Positions 51,435 through 61,303 of a stretch of DNA of 64,000 bases are shown here, piece by piece. A program made the translations under genes and the position numbers. Within the stretch, counting starts at the first letter, position 1. Every line of letters starts with the position of its first letter. Source of the DNA: Planctomycetota bacterium (GTDB lineage Bacteria > Planctomycetota > B15-G4); contig JAJDER010000037.1 of NCBI GenBank assembly GCA_029259725.1, positions 4,972 through 68,971 of the forward strand, in the 5' to 3' direction. The notes under the pieces are model-generated. The model saw only the letters and a list, made by a program, of their open reading frames with translations, did not search any database and was not told where the DNA came from.

Positions 51435-52214
51435 TCATCCCGGGAGCGGCAGAATCAGGCCATCTTCCGCGAGGGTCACCCGCCCTTCAAAGGATTCCCG
51501 TGCTCGGACCTCGATCGGCTCGTCGAGGGTGGGCGGATAGAAGTGGGTCAGCACCAGGTGGCGCACGCCGGCCTCGGCCGCCACGGCCCCCGCTCGGCGG
51601 GGCGTCAGGTGGCCGGGGATCGGGGCGCCGTCGGGCCCGGCCGCCTCCAGGACCAGCAGATCGGCGTCCCTGGCGAGATCGATCAGTTCGCCGCCCTCCA
51701 CCGCATCTCCGCTGAAGGCCACCACGGTGCCGTCGGCCAGGGTCAAGCGGTAGCCCAGCGAGGACGCGTGATGGGCGATCCGATAGGCCTGCACGGCGAT
51801 GCCGCCCTCGATCTCCACCGGCCCCGGCTCCACGGGGTGGAAGGCCAGACGCCTCGGGCCGATGTCGAGCCAGCCCGGGTAGGCGTTCTGCAGGCGCGAC
51901 CGGAGGAGGCCCAGGGCGTGGTGCCCGTAGAGCGCCAGGGGGCCGCGCCCCGCCCTGGGGATGGGGTTCTTCAGGGCGAACTGGAGCGCCACGAGGTCGG
52001 CGCTGTGATCCGGGTGGACATGGGTCACGAGGATCGCGCTGAGGGTGTCCAGGTCGTAGCCCGCGCGCGCGGCGCGCTGCAGCGCCCCGGGCCCGAGGTC
52101 GATCAGGAGCGCGGTGCCGGCCCCGTCATCGACCACGTAGCAGCACGTGCCCCGGTCGGCGCGGGGGACGGCCGTGCCGCTTCCCAGGACGGTCAGTCGC
52201 GCAGAGTCGCCCAT
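51435..52214 (-). CDS. MBL-fold metallo-hydrolase (RNase Z/ElaC-like)
   Basis: 259 aa. It contains LTVLGSGTAVP and the HxHxDH motif (THVHPDHSADL), with C-terminal LVLTHF. Confidence 0.8.
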   Translation of the reverse strand: MGDSARLTVLGSGTAVPRADRGTCCYVVDDGAGTALLIDLGPGALQRAARAGYDLDTLSAILVTHVHPDHSADLVALQFALKNPIPRAGRGPLALYGHHALGLLRSRLQNAYPGWLDIGPRRLAFHPVEPGPVEIEGGIAVQAYRIAHHASSLGYRLTLADGTVVAFSGDAVEGGELIDLARDADLLVLEAAGPDGAPIPGHLTPRRAGAVAAEAGVRHLVLTHFYPPTLDEPIEVRARESFEGRVTLAEDGLILPLPG

Positions 52215-53143
52215 GCGTGCTCCACGATCGTGTCGAGATCATCGTAGGCGGGCGTCCACTCCAGCCGCTCCCGCGCCCGGGCCCCGTCCGCGTAGAGTTC
52301 GGCCGGATCCCCCGGGCGCCGAGGACCCACGTGCACCTCCAGGGGCCGGCCGGTCACGCGTCGAACCGCATCCAGCACCTGCCGCACGCTCACCCCGCGC
52401 CCGTATCCCAGGTTGGCCACGAAGGACTCGCCACCCGCGAGCAGGTCCTCGATGGCGGCCACGTGGGCGGACGCCAGGTCGCAGACGTGGACGTAGTCGC
52501 GGATGCAGGTCCCGTCGGGGGTCGGGTAGTCGTCCCCGTGGACCGTGAGGACGGTGCCGTCCCGTGCCGCCCGGAGCGCCAGCGGAATCAGATGGGTCTC
52601 GGGATCGTGGCGTTCGGCCAGACTGCCGTCGGGCGCCGCGCCCGCCGCGTTGAAGTAGCGGAAGATCCCCGAGCGGAGGCCCTCGACCGCGGCGATCTCG
52701 TCCTCCATGGCCGCCTTGGTCTCGCCGTACACGTTGATCGGGGCCCGGTGGAGGTCCTCGCTCATGGGCAGGCTCTCGGGGACCCCGTAGACCGCACAGG
52801 TGGACGAGAAGACCAGCGCCCGGGCACCGCAGGCCGCCATGGCCGCGAGCAGCGAACGGGTGCCGTCTCGGTTGATGCGCCAGTAGAGCCGCGGCTGCTG
52901 CATCGACTCGCCCACGTAGCAGCGCGCGGCGAAGTGGAGCACCCCCGACACTCCGAAGTCCGCCAGGGTGCGCTGCAGCAGCCCCGTGTCGAGCAGGTCG
53001 CCCACGACCAGGGGAGCGTCGCCCACGGCGTCACGGTGCCCCTCCGAGAGGTCGTCGTAGACGACGACCTCGTGGCCCGCCGCGCGCAGTGCGCGCACCG
53101 TGTGGCTGCCGATGTAGCCGGCGCCTCCCGTGGCCAGCAGCAT
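52193..53143 (-). CDS. galE: UDP-glucose 4-epimerase
   Basis: This is the in-frame part of ORF 52193..53317, starting at ATG 53143. It contains MLLATGGAGYIGSH, FSSTCAVYG and YGETKAAME (YxxxK). Confidence 0.9.
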   Translation of the reverse strand: MLLATGGAGYIGSHTVRALRAAGHEVVVYDDLSEGHRDAVGDAPLVVGDLLDTGLLQRTLADFGVSGVLHFAARCYVGESMQQPRLYWRINRDGTRSLLAAMAACGARALVFSSTCAVYGVPESLPMSEDLHRAPINVYGETKAAMEDEIAAVEGLRSGIFRYFNAAGAAPDGSLAERHDPETHLIPLALRAARDGTVLTVHGDDYPTPDGTCIRDYVHVCDLASAHVAAIEDLLAGGESFVANLGYGRGVSVRQVLDAVRRVTGRPLEVHVGPRRPGDPAELYADGARARERLEWTPAYDDLDTIVEHAWATLRD

Positions 53144-53289
53144 CGCATCCTCCGCTCGGGGCAAGGCTCTCGGGGTCGGAGCGGTCGCAGCATAGTGGCG
53201 GCCGGTGCGTTCCGGAAGCACCGGTCCCCGCCGTCGATCCGCTCCCCGGCGATCCGGTAAGATGCCCGCCCGCCCTGACAGGAGAAGCC

Positions 53290-54207
53290 ATGACCACCGA
53301 GACCACCGACCCCGCAATTCCCGCCCTCGAGGCTCACCTCGACGGGCTGCACCGACTGCACCGAGGCAAGGTCCGCGACATCTTCGCCGTGGATGAGCAC
53401 CGCATGCTGCTCGTCGCCACCGACCGCGTCTCGGCCTTCGACGTGATCCTGCCCCAGCGGCTCGAGGGCAAGGGCAAGGTGCTCACCCGTCTGAGCAACT
53501 TCTGGTTCGAGCAGACCAAGGACCTCGTCCGCAACCACGTCATCGAGACCGACGTGGCGAAGATGCCCGCCGCCATCGCGGCCCATGCCGACCTGCTCGG
53601 CGGCCGCTCGACGCTCGTTCACCGCGCGGCGCCCCTGAAGGCCGAGTTCATCGTGCGCGGCTACCTGGCCGGCTCCGGCTGGAAGGAATACACCAAGACC
53701 GGTCAGATCTGCGGTCACGAGCTGCCCTCCGGGCTGAAGCAATCGCAGCAGCTCCCCGAGCCGATGCTCACGCCGACGACCAAGGCGCCGCAGGGCCAGC
53801 ACGACGAGAACATCACCATCCCGCAGCTCGCGCACCTCGTCGGCGTGGAGGTGGCCAGCGCGACCGGCGCGCTCGCGCTCGACCTCTACAACTACGCGGC
53901 CTCGTACGCCAAGGAGCGCGGGATCATCCTGGCCGACACCAAGTTCGAGTTCGGCATCTTCGAGGGCAAGGTCATGCTCATCGACGAGCTGTTCACGCCG
54001 GACAGCTCGCGCTACTGGGACGTCGAGACCTACGCCATCGGGCGGAGCCAGGACAGCTTCGACAAGCAGATCATCCGCGACGCGCTCGAGGCGACGGACT
54101 GGGACAAGACCGACCCCGCGCCCGAACTCGCGGACGGGATCCTCGAGAAGGCCTCGGCCCGCTACACCGAGATCCATCAGCGCATCACGGGCGCCGGCAG
54201 CGCATGA
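53290..54207 (+). CDS. purC: Phosphoribosylaminoimidazole-succinocarboxamide (SAICAR) synthase
   Basis: This is the in-frame part of ORF 53089..54207, starting at ATG 53290. It contains GKVRDIF, LLVATDRVSAFD, ILADTKFEFG and DELFTPDSSRYW. Confidence 0.92.
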   Translation: MTTETTDPAIPALEAHLDGLHRLHRGKVRDIFAVDEHRMLLVATDRVSAFDVILPQRLEGKGKVLTRLSNFWFEQTKDLVRNHVIETDVAKMPAAIAAHADLLGGRSTLVHRAAPLKAEFIVRGYLAGSGWKEYTKTGQICGHELPSGLKQSQQLPEPMLTPTTKAPQGQHDENITIPQLAHLVGVEVASATGALALDLYNYAASYAKERGIILADTKFEFGIFEGKVMLIDELFTPDSSRYWDVETYAIGRSQDSFDKQIIRDALEATDWDKTDPAPELADGILEKASARYTEIHQRITGAGSA

Positions 54208-54719
54208 GCGCTGAGGGTTCTGCGCGGGTCCTCTGGATCCTCGGGAGCGACAGCGACCTGCCCCACGTCGAGTCGGGCTTCGAGGTGCTGCGCAAGCTCG
54301 AGATCCCGTTCGAGATCCGCATCCTGTCCGCGCATCGCACGCCGGACGCGGTGGACGAGGTGGCCCGCGGCGCGCGCGAGCGTGGCGTGGGCGTGCTCGT
54401 CGCCGTGGCCGGTGGCGCGGCCCACCTGCCCGGGGTGGTCGCGGCGCGGACGACGCTGCCCGTGATCGGCGTGCCGGTCCCGAGCAGCTTGAGCGGCGGA
54501 CTCGACTCCCTGCTGTCCATCGCCCAGATGCCCGGAGGCATCCCGGTCGCGACGATGGGCGCCAACAAGGGTGGCGGCAAGAATGCGGGGCTCTTCGCGG
54601 CGGCCATCCTGGGCGTCTCGGACCCCCGGATCGCGGCGTCACTGGACGCCTACCGCAAGGACATGGCCGAAGGCGTGCTGGCGAAGGACGCCAAGGTGCG
54701 CGCGGAGCACGACTCGTGA
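54204..54719 (+). CDS. purE: 5-(carboxyamino)imidazole ribonucleotide mutase
   Basis: 171 aa. It contains ILGSDSDLP, SAHRTP, AGGAAHLPGVVAA and PVIGVPV. Its start overlaps the purC stop. Confidence 0.92.
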   Translation: MSAEGSARVLWILGSDSDLPHVESGFEVLRKLEIPFEIRILSAHRTPDAVDEVARGARERGVGVLVAVAGGAAHLPGVVAARTTLPVIGVPVPSSLSGGLDSLLSIAQMPGGIPVATMGANKGGGKNAGLFAAAILGVSDPRIAASLDAYRKDMAEGVLAKDAKVRAEHDS

Positions 54720-55816
54720 CCCAGACCACCAAGGCCGTCCGCACGATCTACTGGGAGGGCGGGCTCGACGGCGCCTGCCGCCTGATCGAGCAGACCAGGC
54801 TGCCCGGCACGCTGGAGGAGATCGTCTGCGAGACGCCCGAGCAGATGTGGGACGCGATCAAGCGCCTCGCCGTGCGCGGCGCGCCGGCCATCGGGGTCGC
54901 CGCCGGCTTCGGCACCGTGCTCGGCATCCGCTCCAGCCGGGCCACCGACGCCGACGGGTTCCTCGCCGACCTGAGACGGACCACCGAGTACCTGGCCACC
55001 TCGCGGCCCACGGCGGTGAATCTCTTCTGGGGGCTCGACCGCATGTCACGGGTCGCGGCCGAGGCCGTCGCGGCGGGCACCACCGACGTCGATGAGCTGA
55101 AGACGTGCATGCTCGACGAGGCCCAACGGATCTGGGAGGAGGACCGAGAGATCTGCCGCGCCCTCGGCCGCCACGGCTCGGCGCTGTTGAACGAGGGCGA
55201 AGGCGCGCTGACCCACTGCAACGCGGGCGGTCTCGCCACGGCGGACTACGGGACCGCGCTGGCGGTGTTCTTCTCGGCCCAGGAGGCCGGCAAGACCTTC
55301 CGCGTCTTCGCCGACGAGACGCGCCCGCTCAACCAGGGCAGCCGGCTGACCTCGTGGGAGTTGTTCCAGCGCGGCATCGACGTGACCCTGATCTGCGACA
55401 ACATGGCCGGGCAGGTCATGAAGGAGGGGCGCATCGACAAGGTCTTCGTGGGCAGCGACCGGGTCGCCGCCAATGGCGACGCCGCCAACAAGATCGGGAC
55501 CTACTCGGTCTCGATCCTGGCCAAGGCCCACGGCATTCCCTTCTACGTGGTCGCGCCGACCTCGACCTTCGACATGAAGACTGCCCACGGGGACCAGATC
55601 CCCATCGAGCAGCGGGATCCCGACGAGATCCGGCGGGGCTACTCCGGAGGGCTGAACGCGCCGGAGGGCGTCAAGGTCTACAACCCGGCCTTCGACGTCA
55701 CGCCCCACGAGAACATCGCCGGGATCGTGACCGAGTTCGGCGTGATCGAGAACCCGGACACCGAAGCGGTCAAGAAACACTTCATGGAGCACGGTCTGCT
55801 GACCGATGAGGGCTGA
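54716..55816 (+). CDS. mtnA: S-methyl-5-thioribose-1-phosphate isomerase (eIF-2B alpha/beta/delta-like)
   Basis: 366 aa. It contains [32 protein letters not shown] and [19 protein letters not shown]. Its start overlaps the purE stop. Confidence 0.9.
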   Translation: MTQTTKAVRTIYWEGGLDGACRLIEQTRLPGTLEEIVCETPEQMWDAIKRLAVRGAPAIGVAAGFGTVLGIRSSRATDADGFLADLRRTTEYLATSRPTAVNLFWGLDRMSRVAAEAVAAGTTDVDELKTCMLDEAQRIWEEDREICRALGRHGSALLNEGEGALTHCNAGGLATADYGTALAVFFSAQEAGKTFRVFADETRPLNQGSRLTSWELFQRGIDVTLICDNMAGQVMKEGRIDKVFVGSDRVAANGDAANKIGTYSVSILAKAHGIPFYVVAPTSTFDMKTAHGDQIPIEQRDPDEIRRGYSGGLNAPEGVKVYNPAFDVTPHENIAGIVTEFGVIENPDTEAVKKHFMEHGLLTDEG

Positions 55817-55844
55817 CGTTCCGCCCCCATCTGGAGAGACCGTC

Positions 55845-56234
55845 ATGGCGACGACGCCGAAGGGCCGCAAGACGACGGCCTCCAAGACCGGCACGACTGC
55901 CGCGAAGACCACCACCCCGCGCAAGAAGCCCGCGCGGAAGGCGACCTCGTCGTCGACGCCCTCGGCGAACGGGAAGCGGACCGCCGGCACGCGCACCTCG
56001 ACCCGCTCGGCCAAGCGCCGCAGCCCGAAGGAGGGTCAGCAGGAGGACCCGGCGCAGATCGAGCTCGAGCGCACCGAGTTCCTGCGGGCCATGGACAAGT
56101 ACAAGCGCAAGACCGGGAAGACCTTCCCGACCTGGACCGAGGTGTTGGAGGTCATCCGTGGGATCGGGTGGCTGCACCCGATGCGTGTCCAGCAGGAACT
56201 CGACGACCAGCAGCGCGGTCTGCCCCGCAGCTGA
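55845..56234 (+). CDS. Small highly basic protein: Lys/Thr/Ala/Pro-rich H1-like N-terminal tail plus conserved-looking C-terminal helical domain
   Basis: This is the in-frame part of ORF 55806..56234, starting at ATG 55845, which is preceded by GGAGAG. The first roughly 70 aa are of the form [33 protein letters not shown]. The C-terminus is [38 protein letters not shown] recognised no family. Confidence 0.6.
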   Translation: MATTPKGRKTTASKTGTTAAKTTTPRKKPARKATSSSTPSANGKRTAGTRTSTRSAKRRSPKEGQQEDPAQIELERTEFLRAMDKYKRKTGKTFPTWTEVLEVIRGIGWLHPMRVQQELDDQQRGLPRS

Positions 56235-56255
56235 TCGGGTGCGGGTCCCACTCCG

Positions 56256-56963
56256 TCAGCGGGCCCGTTTCTCGAACAGCGGGATCAGCGTCTCGCGCAG
56301 CGACGCGTACAGCGCGCCCGTGGCGACGACGTCGCGGACGCAGTAGTCCACGATCTCGTGCAGCCGACCGCTCTCGTAGTACTCCTGGACGCGGCTGCCA
56401 TCGAGGCCCTCGGCCTTCGGCGAGGTGATGCCGAAGCGCCGACACCAGTACTCCAGGCTGAAGCTCTCGCGCACCGCGCCGTGGAACTTCAGCACGTCGG
56501 CCAGGTCACAGTGCGGGTCGACGCTGTAGCGGTAGCCGGCCAGGTTGCGCGTGGGCGTGAGCCCCAGGATCGCCGAGCGGATCATCAGGAACGGCCCGTC
56601 GAACATGCGCCCGTTGAAGGTCACGATGCGACCGGCGTGCTCGATGCGCTTCCAGAACTCGGCCAGGATCGAGCGCTCGTCGCCGGCGAAGCGCTTGAAA
56701 CCCATGGGGCCGCCGTCCTCCCAGACGCCCCCCTCGCCTTCCACCAGGACGCCGCCGGTGTTGGACGAGGTCACGTTCTGCATGCCGATCACGATCACGC
56801 GCCCGGTTCCCGGTGCCAATCCGAGCCGGCGCGGCACGGCCTCGCGCTCGGCGTCGGAGCCCTGCCGGGCCCGCAGGTCGTCGCGGGTCTTGGCGTCGAG
56901 AGCGTCCCAGGGCACACCCACGGTCTCGATGTCCACCACGTAGGTGTCGCCTTGCTTCGCCAT
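56256..56963 (-). CDS. Stand-alone DEDDy 3'-5' exonuclease related to the family-B DNA polymerase exonuclease domain
   Basis: This is the in-frame part of ORF 56256..57074, starting at ATG 56963. Exo I is YVVDIET, Exo II is VTFNGRMFDGPFL, and Exo III is IVDYCVRDV. The RNase H-like fold is inferred. Confidence 0.72.
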   Translation of the reverse strand: MAKQGDTYVVDIETVGVPWDALDAKTRDDLRARQGSDAEREAVPRRLGLAPGTGRVIVIGMQNVTSSNTGGVLVEGEGGVWEDGGPMGFKRFAGDERSILAEFWKRIEHAGRIVTFNGRMFDGPFLMIRSAILGLTPTRNLAGYRYSVDPHCDLADVLKFHGAVRESFSLEYWCRRFGITSPKAEGLDGSRVQEYYESGRLHEIVDYCVRDVVATGALYASLRETLIPLFEKRAR

Positions 56964-57006
56964 CGGTGCCCCCGTGATCCCCGCGCCTCGCCGCGGACTG
57001 CGTGTC

Positions 57007-57036
57007 GCCTCAGTGCGCGTGGCCTCAGTGCGCGTC
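57007..57036. repeat. 15-bp tandem direct duplication spanning the glyA stop codon
   Basis: The units are gcctcagtgcgcgtg (57007-57021) and gcctcagtgcgcgtc (57022-57036), identical at 14 of 15 positions. On the minus strand this reads ...GAC GCG CAC TGA GGC CAC GCG CAC TGA. Confidence 0.8.
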
Positions 57037-58287
57037 GCCCAGCGGGAAGGCCGCGACCAGGTCGGCGACTTCACCGAGCACGCGCGTCCTCACGGCCTCG
57101 TCCTGCGGGGCCTCGACCACGTCGGAGATCAGGTCCGCGACACGCACGAGCTCGGCCGGCCCGAGTCCCCGGGTACACAGCGCCGGCGTGCCCAGGCGGA
57201 TGCCCGAGGCCTCCATCGGTGGGCGCTCGTCGTAGGGGATCATGTTCTTGTTGACGGTGATGCGCGCGGCTCCGAGGGCGTCCTCGGCCTGCTTGCCGGA
57301 GAGCCCCTTGCTGCCCACGTCGACGAGCACCAGGTGGTTGTCCGTGCCACCCGAGACGATCCTGAGGCCACGCTCGATGAGCCGCTCGCACAGCGCGCGC
57401 GCGCTGGCCACCACGCGCACCTGGTACTCGACGAAGGCCTCGGTCGACGCCTCCCGCAGGGCCACCGCCTTGCCGGCGATGACGTGCATGAGCGGGCCGC
57501 CCTGGATGCCCGGGAACACGCGCGAGTTGATCGCCTTGCTGTGGGCCCGCTTGCCGACGATCATGCCGCCGCGCGGGCCGCGCAGGCTCTTGTGCGTGGT
57601 GAAGGTCACGACGTCGGCATGCGGCACCGGCGAGGGGTGCACCCCCGCGGCGACCAGACCCGCGATGTGGGCCATGTCCACCATCAACACCGCCCCGACC
57701 TCCCGGGCGATGGCGCCGAAGCGCTCGAAGTCCAGCGTGCGCGAGTAGGCGCTCGCGCCGGCCAGGATCAGCTTGGGGCGCTTCTGCCGCGCGACCGCGG
57801 CGAGCGCGTCCATGTCGATGGTCTCGGTCTCGCGCTCGACGCCGTAGAAGACCGGGTCGAAGAGCCGGCCCGAGAAACTCATCGGATGCCCGTGGGTCAG
57901 GTGCCCCCCGTGGGCGAGATCCATGGACAGGTAGCTGTCGCCCGGCTCGAGCAGCGCCATGAGCACGGCCATGTTGGCCTGGCTGCCCGAGTGCGGCTGC
58001 ACGTTCGCCGTCTCGGCGCCGAAGAGCGTCTTGGCCCGATCCCGCGCGAGGCGCTCGACCGTGTCGACGTGCTCGCAGCCCCCGTAGTAGCGCCGGCCCG
58101 GGTACCCCTCGGCATACTTGTTGGTGAGCATCGAGCCCACCGCCTCGCGCACCGCCCGCGAGGTGTAGTTCTCGCTGGCGATGAGCTCGAGTTCGTCCTC
58201 CTGCCGGTGACGCTCGGCCTCGATGGCGCCGGCGATCTCCGGATCGATGGCTTCCAGGCTGCTCCCCGTGCCCACCACGATGCTCAT
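57025..58287 (-). CDS. glyA: Serine hydroxymethyltransferase
   Basis: This is the in-frame part of ORF 57025..58497, starting at ATG 58287. It contains [23 protein letters not shown], the [15 protein letters not shown]-lysine motif and VTFTTHK. Confidence 0.95.
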   Translation of the reverse strand: MSIVVGTGSSLEAIDPEIAGAIEAERHRQEDELELIASENYTSRAVREAVGSMLTNKYAEGYPGRRYYGGCEHVDTVERLARDRAKTLFGAETANVQPHSGSQANMAVLMALLEPGDSYLSMDLAHGGHLTHGHPMSFSGRLFDPVFYGVERETETIDMDALAAVARQKRPKLILAGASAYSRTLDFERFGAIAREVGAVLMVDMAHIAGLVAAGVHPSPVPHADVVTFTTHKSLRGPRGGMIVGKRAHSKAINSRVFPGIQGGPLMHVIAGKAVALREASTEAFVEYQVRVVASARALCERLIERGLRIVSGGTDNHLVLVDVGSKGLSGKQAEDALGAARITVNKNMIPYDERPPMEASGIRLGTPALCTRGLGPAELVRVADLISDVVEAPQDEAVRTRVLGEVADLVAAFPLGDAH

Positions 58288-58628
58288 CAGGCTGCTCCTC
58301 CGCTTTGGTCGTCTTCGCAGGCGCACATCTCGGCAAGCCGTTCGAAGGTGTAGATGCCCGTCGTGTGCCCGTCGGTCCAGGCCACGGTCAGCGCGTACTG
58401 CCCCACGGGATCGATGCGCACGGGGCGGACGTTGTCCGGGACGGCGTCCTCGCGCAGGCGCTGTTCCCCGGTCCATTCGTCGACGCATTCGGCGCACGGG
58501 CAGGCGAGCCGCAGCGCGCGCACGTCGAGGCTGCAGCGATGCCCATCGCTCCAGTCGATGACGAGCGTCCCGGGGCCGTCCTGCCCCAGGCCCAGCGGAT
58601 GCAGATCCCGGTCGGCGCGCACGCTCAA
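58287..58628 (-). CDS. DUF971 domain protein (gamma-butyrobetaine hydroxylase N-terminal-like, Fe-S assembly associated)
   Basis: 113 aa. It contains [27 protein letters not shown] and [19 protein letters not shown], the duplicated DUF971 pattern. It overlaps apbC upstream and glyA downstream. Confidence 0.75.
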   Translation of the reverse strand: MSVRADRDLHPLGLGQDGPGTLVIDWSDGHRCSLDVRALRLACPCAECVDEWTGEQRLREDAVPDNVRPVRIDPVGQYALTVAWTDGHTTGIYTFERLAEMCACEDDQSGGAA

Positions 58629-59698
58629 CCCTGCCAGCTCATGCTCAGTGAATCGGTGGCCGACTTGCCCTGGAAGGCGAGCGTGCGGGCGACCGTGCGG
58701 GCGAGTTCGCGGAAGGCCCTCCCGGCCGGCGATTCGGGATCGCGCACCACGATCGGCTGGCCCTCGTCACCGCTCTGGGGCACGCCGCTCTGCAGCGGGA
58801 TCTCGCCCAGGAACGGGACGCCCAGTTCGGTGGCGGCGCGCCTGGCTCCGCCGCGGCCGAACAGGTCGTGCTGCTTGTCGCAGCCGTCGCACACGAAATA
58901 CGACATGTTCTCGACGATGCCGAGGACGGGCACCTTGACCTGCTCGAACATCTTCAGGCCCTTGCGCGCATCCACGAGCGCGACCTCCTGCGGCGTGGTC
59001 ACGATCACCGCTCCCGACAGCGGCGCCTTCTGGCCCAGGGTCAGCTGCGCATCGCCCGTGCCCGGCGGCATGTCGACCACGACCACGTCGAGTTCGCCCC
59101 AGACCACCTGCTCGAGGAACTGCGAGAGCGCCCCGTGCACCATCGGGCCGCGCCAGATCATGGGCTGATCCGGGTCGACCAGGAAGCCGATCGACATGAG
59201 CTTGAGGCCCTGGGCTTCCACGGGCAGGATCCTGTCCTTGCCCACGGGCTCGGGGCGGGCGCGCGTGGCGAACATGGTGGGCATCGAGGGCCCGTAGATG
59301 TCCGCGTCCAGCAGGCCGACGCGCTTGCCCTCCAGGTGCAGGCCGAGCGCCAGGTTGGCCGCGACCGTGGACTTGCCCACTCCGCCCTTGCCACTGGCCA
59401 CGGCCACCACGTGCTCGACATCCGGCATGATCGCGCGCGGGGCCTTGGGGGCGCGCACTTCGCTGCGGTACGCGATCTGCACCGAGGCCACACCGTCCAG
59501 GCCCCTCACCACCTGCTCGCAGGCCGGCACGAGCGCGCGCTTGTCCTTGCCGTCCGGACTCACCGCAACCAGGTCGAAGCGGACGGTGGCGCCGTCCACG
59601 AAGAGGTTCTTCACGAAACCGGCGCTGACGACGTCCTTGCCCAGATCGGGATCCTGGACGGTCTTCAGCGCGGCGAGCACCTGCTCGCTGGTGGGCAC
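58625..59698 (-). CDS. apbC: Mrp/NBP35/ApbC family Fe-S cluster carrier ATPase
   Basis: 357 aa with a GTG start preceded by AGGAGA. It has an N-terminal DUF59-like domain ([14 protein letters not shown]), the deviant Walker [13 protein letters not shown], and a CxxC (FVCDGCDK). Confidence 0.9.
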   Translation of the reverse strand: MPTSEQVLAALKTVQDPDLGKDVVSAGFVKNLFVDGATVRFDLVAVSPDGKDKRALVPACEQVVRGLDGVASVQIAYRSEVRAPKAPRAIMPDVEHVVAVASGKGGVGKSTVAANLALGLHLEGKRVGLLDADIYGPSMPTMFATRARPEPVGKDRILPVEAQGLKLMSIGFLVDPDQPMIWRGPMVHGALSQFLEQVVWGELDVVVVDMPPGTGDAQLTLGQKAPLSGAVIVTTPQEVALVDARKGLKMFEQVKVPVLGIVENMSYFVCDGCDKQHDLFGRGGARRAATELGVPFLGEIPLQSGVPQSGDEGQPIVVRDPESPAGRAFRELARTVARTLAFQGKSATDSLSMSWQG

Positions 59699-59844
59699 GG
59701 GGCGTCTCCTGGGAGGGTCGCCGACACGTCGCGGCGGGTGTGGATCGGCGGAACGACGACGAGGCCGTCCGGCCGCCAGAGATAGGGAACCCGGGGATCC
59801 CTGGCAAGCAAAACACGGACGCGCCCGGCGAGACGACTCGCGGA

Positions 59845-59869
59845 GCGTCGGCGGAGTCCCCGCCGACGC
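59845..59869 (-). terminator. GC-rich perfect hairpin downstream of ahcY (putative intrinsic terminator or RNA-stability element; no U-tract)
   Basis: It has a 10-bp perfect stem, gcgtcggcgg (59845-59854) paired with ccgccgacgc (59860-59869), and a 5-nt loop. It lies 31 nt past the ahcY stop. No T-run follows on the minus strand, so the termination mechanism is uncertain. Confidence 0.4.
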
Positions 59870-59899
59870 CCCGCATCACCCGGATCCGGATGGTCTCGC

Positions 59900-61216
59900 C
59901 TAGTAGCGGTAGTGCTCGGGCTTGTAGGGCCCGTCGACCGGCAGACCGAGGTACTCGGACTGTGCGGGCGTCAGCGTGGTCAGCTTCACACCGAGCTTCT
60001 CGAGGTGGGCGCGGGCGACCTCCTCGTCGAGGTGCTTGGGCAGCGTGTACACGCCGACCTCGTAGTCACTCGTCTTGGTCCAGAGCTCGATCTGCGCCAG
60101 CACCTGGTTGCTGAAGCTGTTGCTCATCACGAACGACGGGTGGCCGGTGGCACAGCCGAGGTTCACCAGGCGACCCTGCGCGAGCAGGATGATCGAGTGG
60201 CCGTCGGGGAACGTGTAGCGGTCGACCTCGCCCTTGATCTCCATGTGCTCGATGCCGGAGAAGGCCTTGAGCCCGGCGACATCGATCTCGATGTCGAAGT
60301 GGCCGATGTTGCAGACGATGGCCTCGTCCTTCATCTTCGACATGTGCGCGGCGGTGATGATGTCGCGGCAGCCGGTGGTGGTGACGAAGATGTCACCCTC
60401 GACCAGCGCCTTGTCCATGGTCGTCACCTCGAAGCCCTCCATCGCGGCCTGCAGCGCGCAGATGGGATCGATCTCGGTGATGATCACGCGGGCACCGAGG
60501 CCGCGCATGGCCTTCGCGCAGCCCTTGCCCACGTCGCCGTAGCCGGCGATCACGGTGACCTTGCCACCCACCATGACGTCGGTGGCGCGCTTGATGCCGT
60601 CGGCGAGGGACTCGCGGCAACCGTAGAGGTTGTCGAACTTGGACTTGGTCACCGAGTCGTTGACGTTTATTGCGGGCCGCAGGAGCCGGCCCTCGTTCCA
60701 CATCTTCATCAGGGCGTGCACGCCCGTGGTGGTCTCTTCGGTGATGCCCTTGACGTCCTTCATGTGATGGGCGAAGCGCTCCTCGTGGAGCATGGCGGTC
60801 AGGTCACCGCCGTCGTCCAGCACCATGTTCGGTCCGTCGCCGTCCGGCCAGACGATGGTCTGTTCGATGCACCAGTCGGCCTCCTCGACGGTCTCGCCCT
60901 TCCAGGCGAAGGTCGGGATGCCGGCGGCGACCATGGCGGCCGCGGCGTGGTCCTGGGTGCTGAAGATGTTGCAGCTGCTCCAGCGCACCTCGGCTCCGAG
61001 GTCGACCAGCGTCTCCATCAGCACGGCGGTCTGGATGGTCATGTGCAGGCAACCCGCGATGCGGGCACCGGCGAGAGGCTGGTCGGCCTTGTACTTGTCG
61101 CGGAAGTACATCAGGCCCGGCATTTCCTTCTCGGCCAGCATGATCTCCTTGCGGCCCCAGTCCGCGAGGTCCATGTCGGCGACCTTGTAGTCGGTGAAGG
61201 TGGCGGTGTCGGTCAC
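59900..61216 (-). CDS. ahcY: Adenosylhomocysteinase (SAH hydrolase)
   Basis: 438 aa with a GTG start preceded by GGAG. It contains [30 protein letters not shown], the NAD motif [13 protein letters not shown], and the C-terminal [10 protein letters not shown]. Confidence 0.95.
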   Translation of the reverse strand: MTDTATFTDYKVADMDLADWGRKEIMLAEKEMPGLMYFRDKYKADQPLAGARIAGCLHMTIQTAVLMETLVDLGAEVRWSSCNIFSTQDHAAAAMVAAGIPTFAWKGETVEEADWCIEQTIVWPDGDGPNMVLDDGGDLTAMLHEERFAHHMKDVKGITEETTTGVHALMKMWNEGRLLRPAINVNDSVTKSKFDNLYGCRESLADGIKRATDVMVGGKVTVIAGYGDVGKGCAKAMRGLGARVIITEIDPICALQAAMEGFEVTTMDKALVEGDIFVTTTGCRDIITAAHMSKMKDEAIVCNIGHFDIEIDVAGLKAFSGIEHMEIKGEVDRYTFPDGHSIILLAQGRLVNLGCATGHPSFVMSNSFSNQVLAQIELWTKTSDYEVGVYTLPKHLDEEVARAHLEKLGVKLTTLTPAQSEYLGLPVDGPYKPEHYRY

Positions 61217-61259
61217 CGGTCTTGCTCCAATGAAAGAGAGTTGCTGTGCTCGGTTGCGG

Positions 61260-61278
61260 TCGGCGGACGGTCCGCCGG
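61260..61278 (-). other. Short GC hairpin in the sahR-ahcY spacer
   Basis: The stem is cggcgga (61261-61267) paired with tccgccg (61271-61277), with a 3-nt loop. It lies 26 nt after the regulator stop and about 44 nt before the ahcY start. Its function is unknown. Confidence 0.3.
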
Positions 61279-61303
61279 GAAGTCCAGGGTGAGGGCCGCG
61301 GGC

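Noticed and set aside
59699-59899. A small RNA or small ORF in the 201-nt ahcY-apbC spacer
   Set aside because: Apart from the 10-bp terminator-like hairpin and some short GC palindromes (GGGATCCC), I found no convincing ORF with a ribosome-binding site and no conserved-looking structure.
61217-61303. Possible SAH riboswitch in the ahcY leader
   Set aside because: I read the 87-nt leader on the minus strand. It contains one short hairpin and a GGAG Shine-Dalgarno. I could not find the conserved pseudoknot or core of the SAH riboswitch. A covariance-model scan (Rfam SAH_riboswitch) would settle it.
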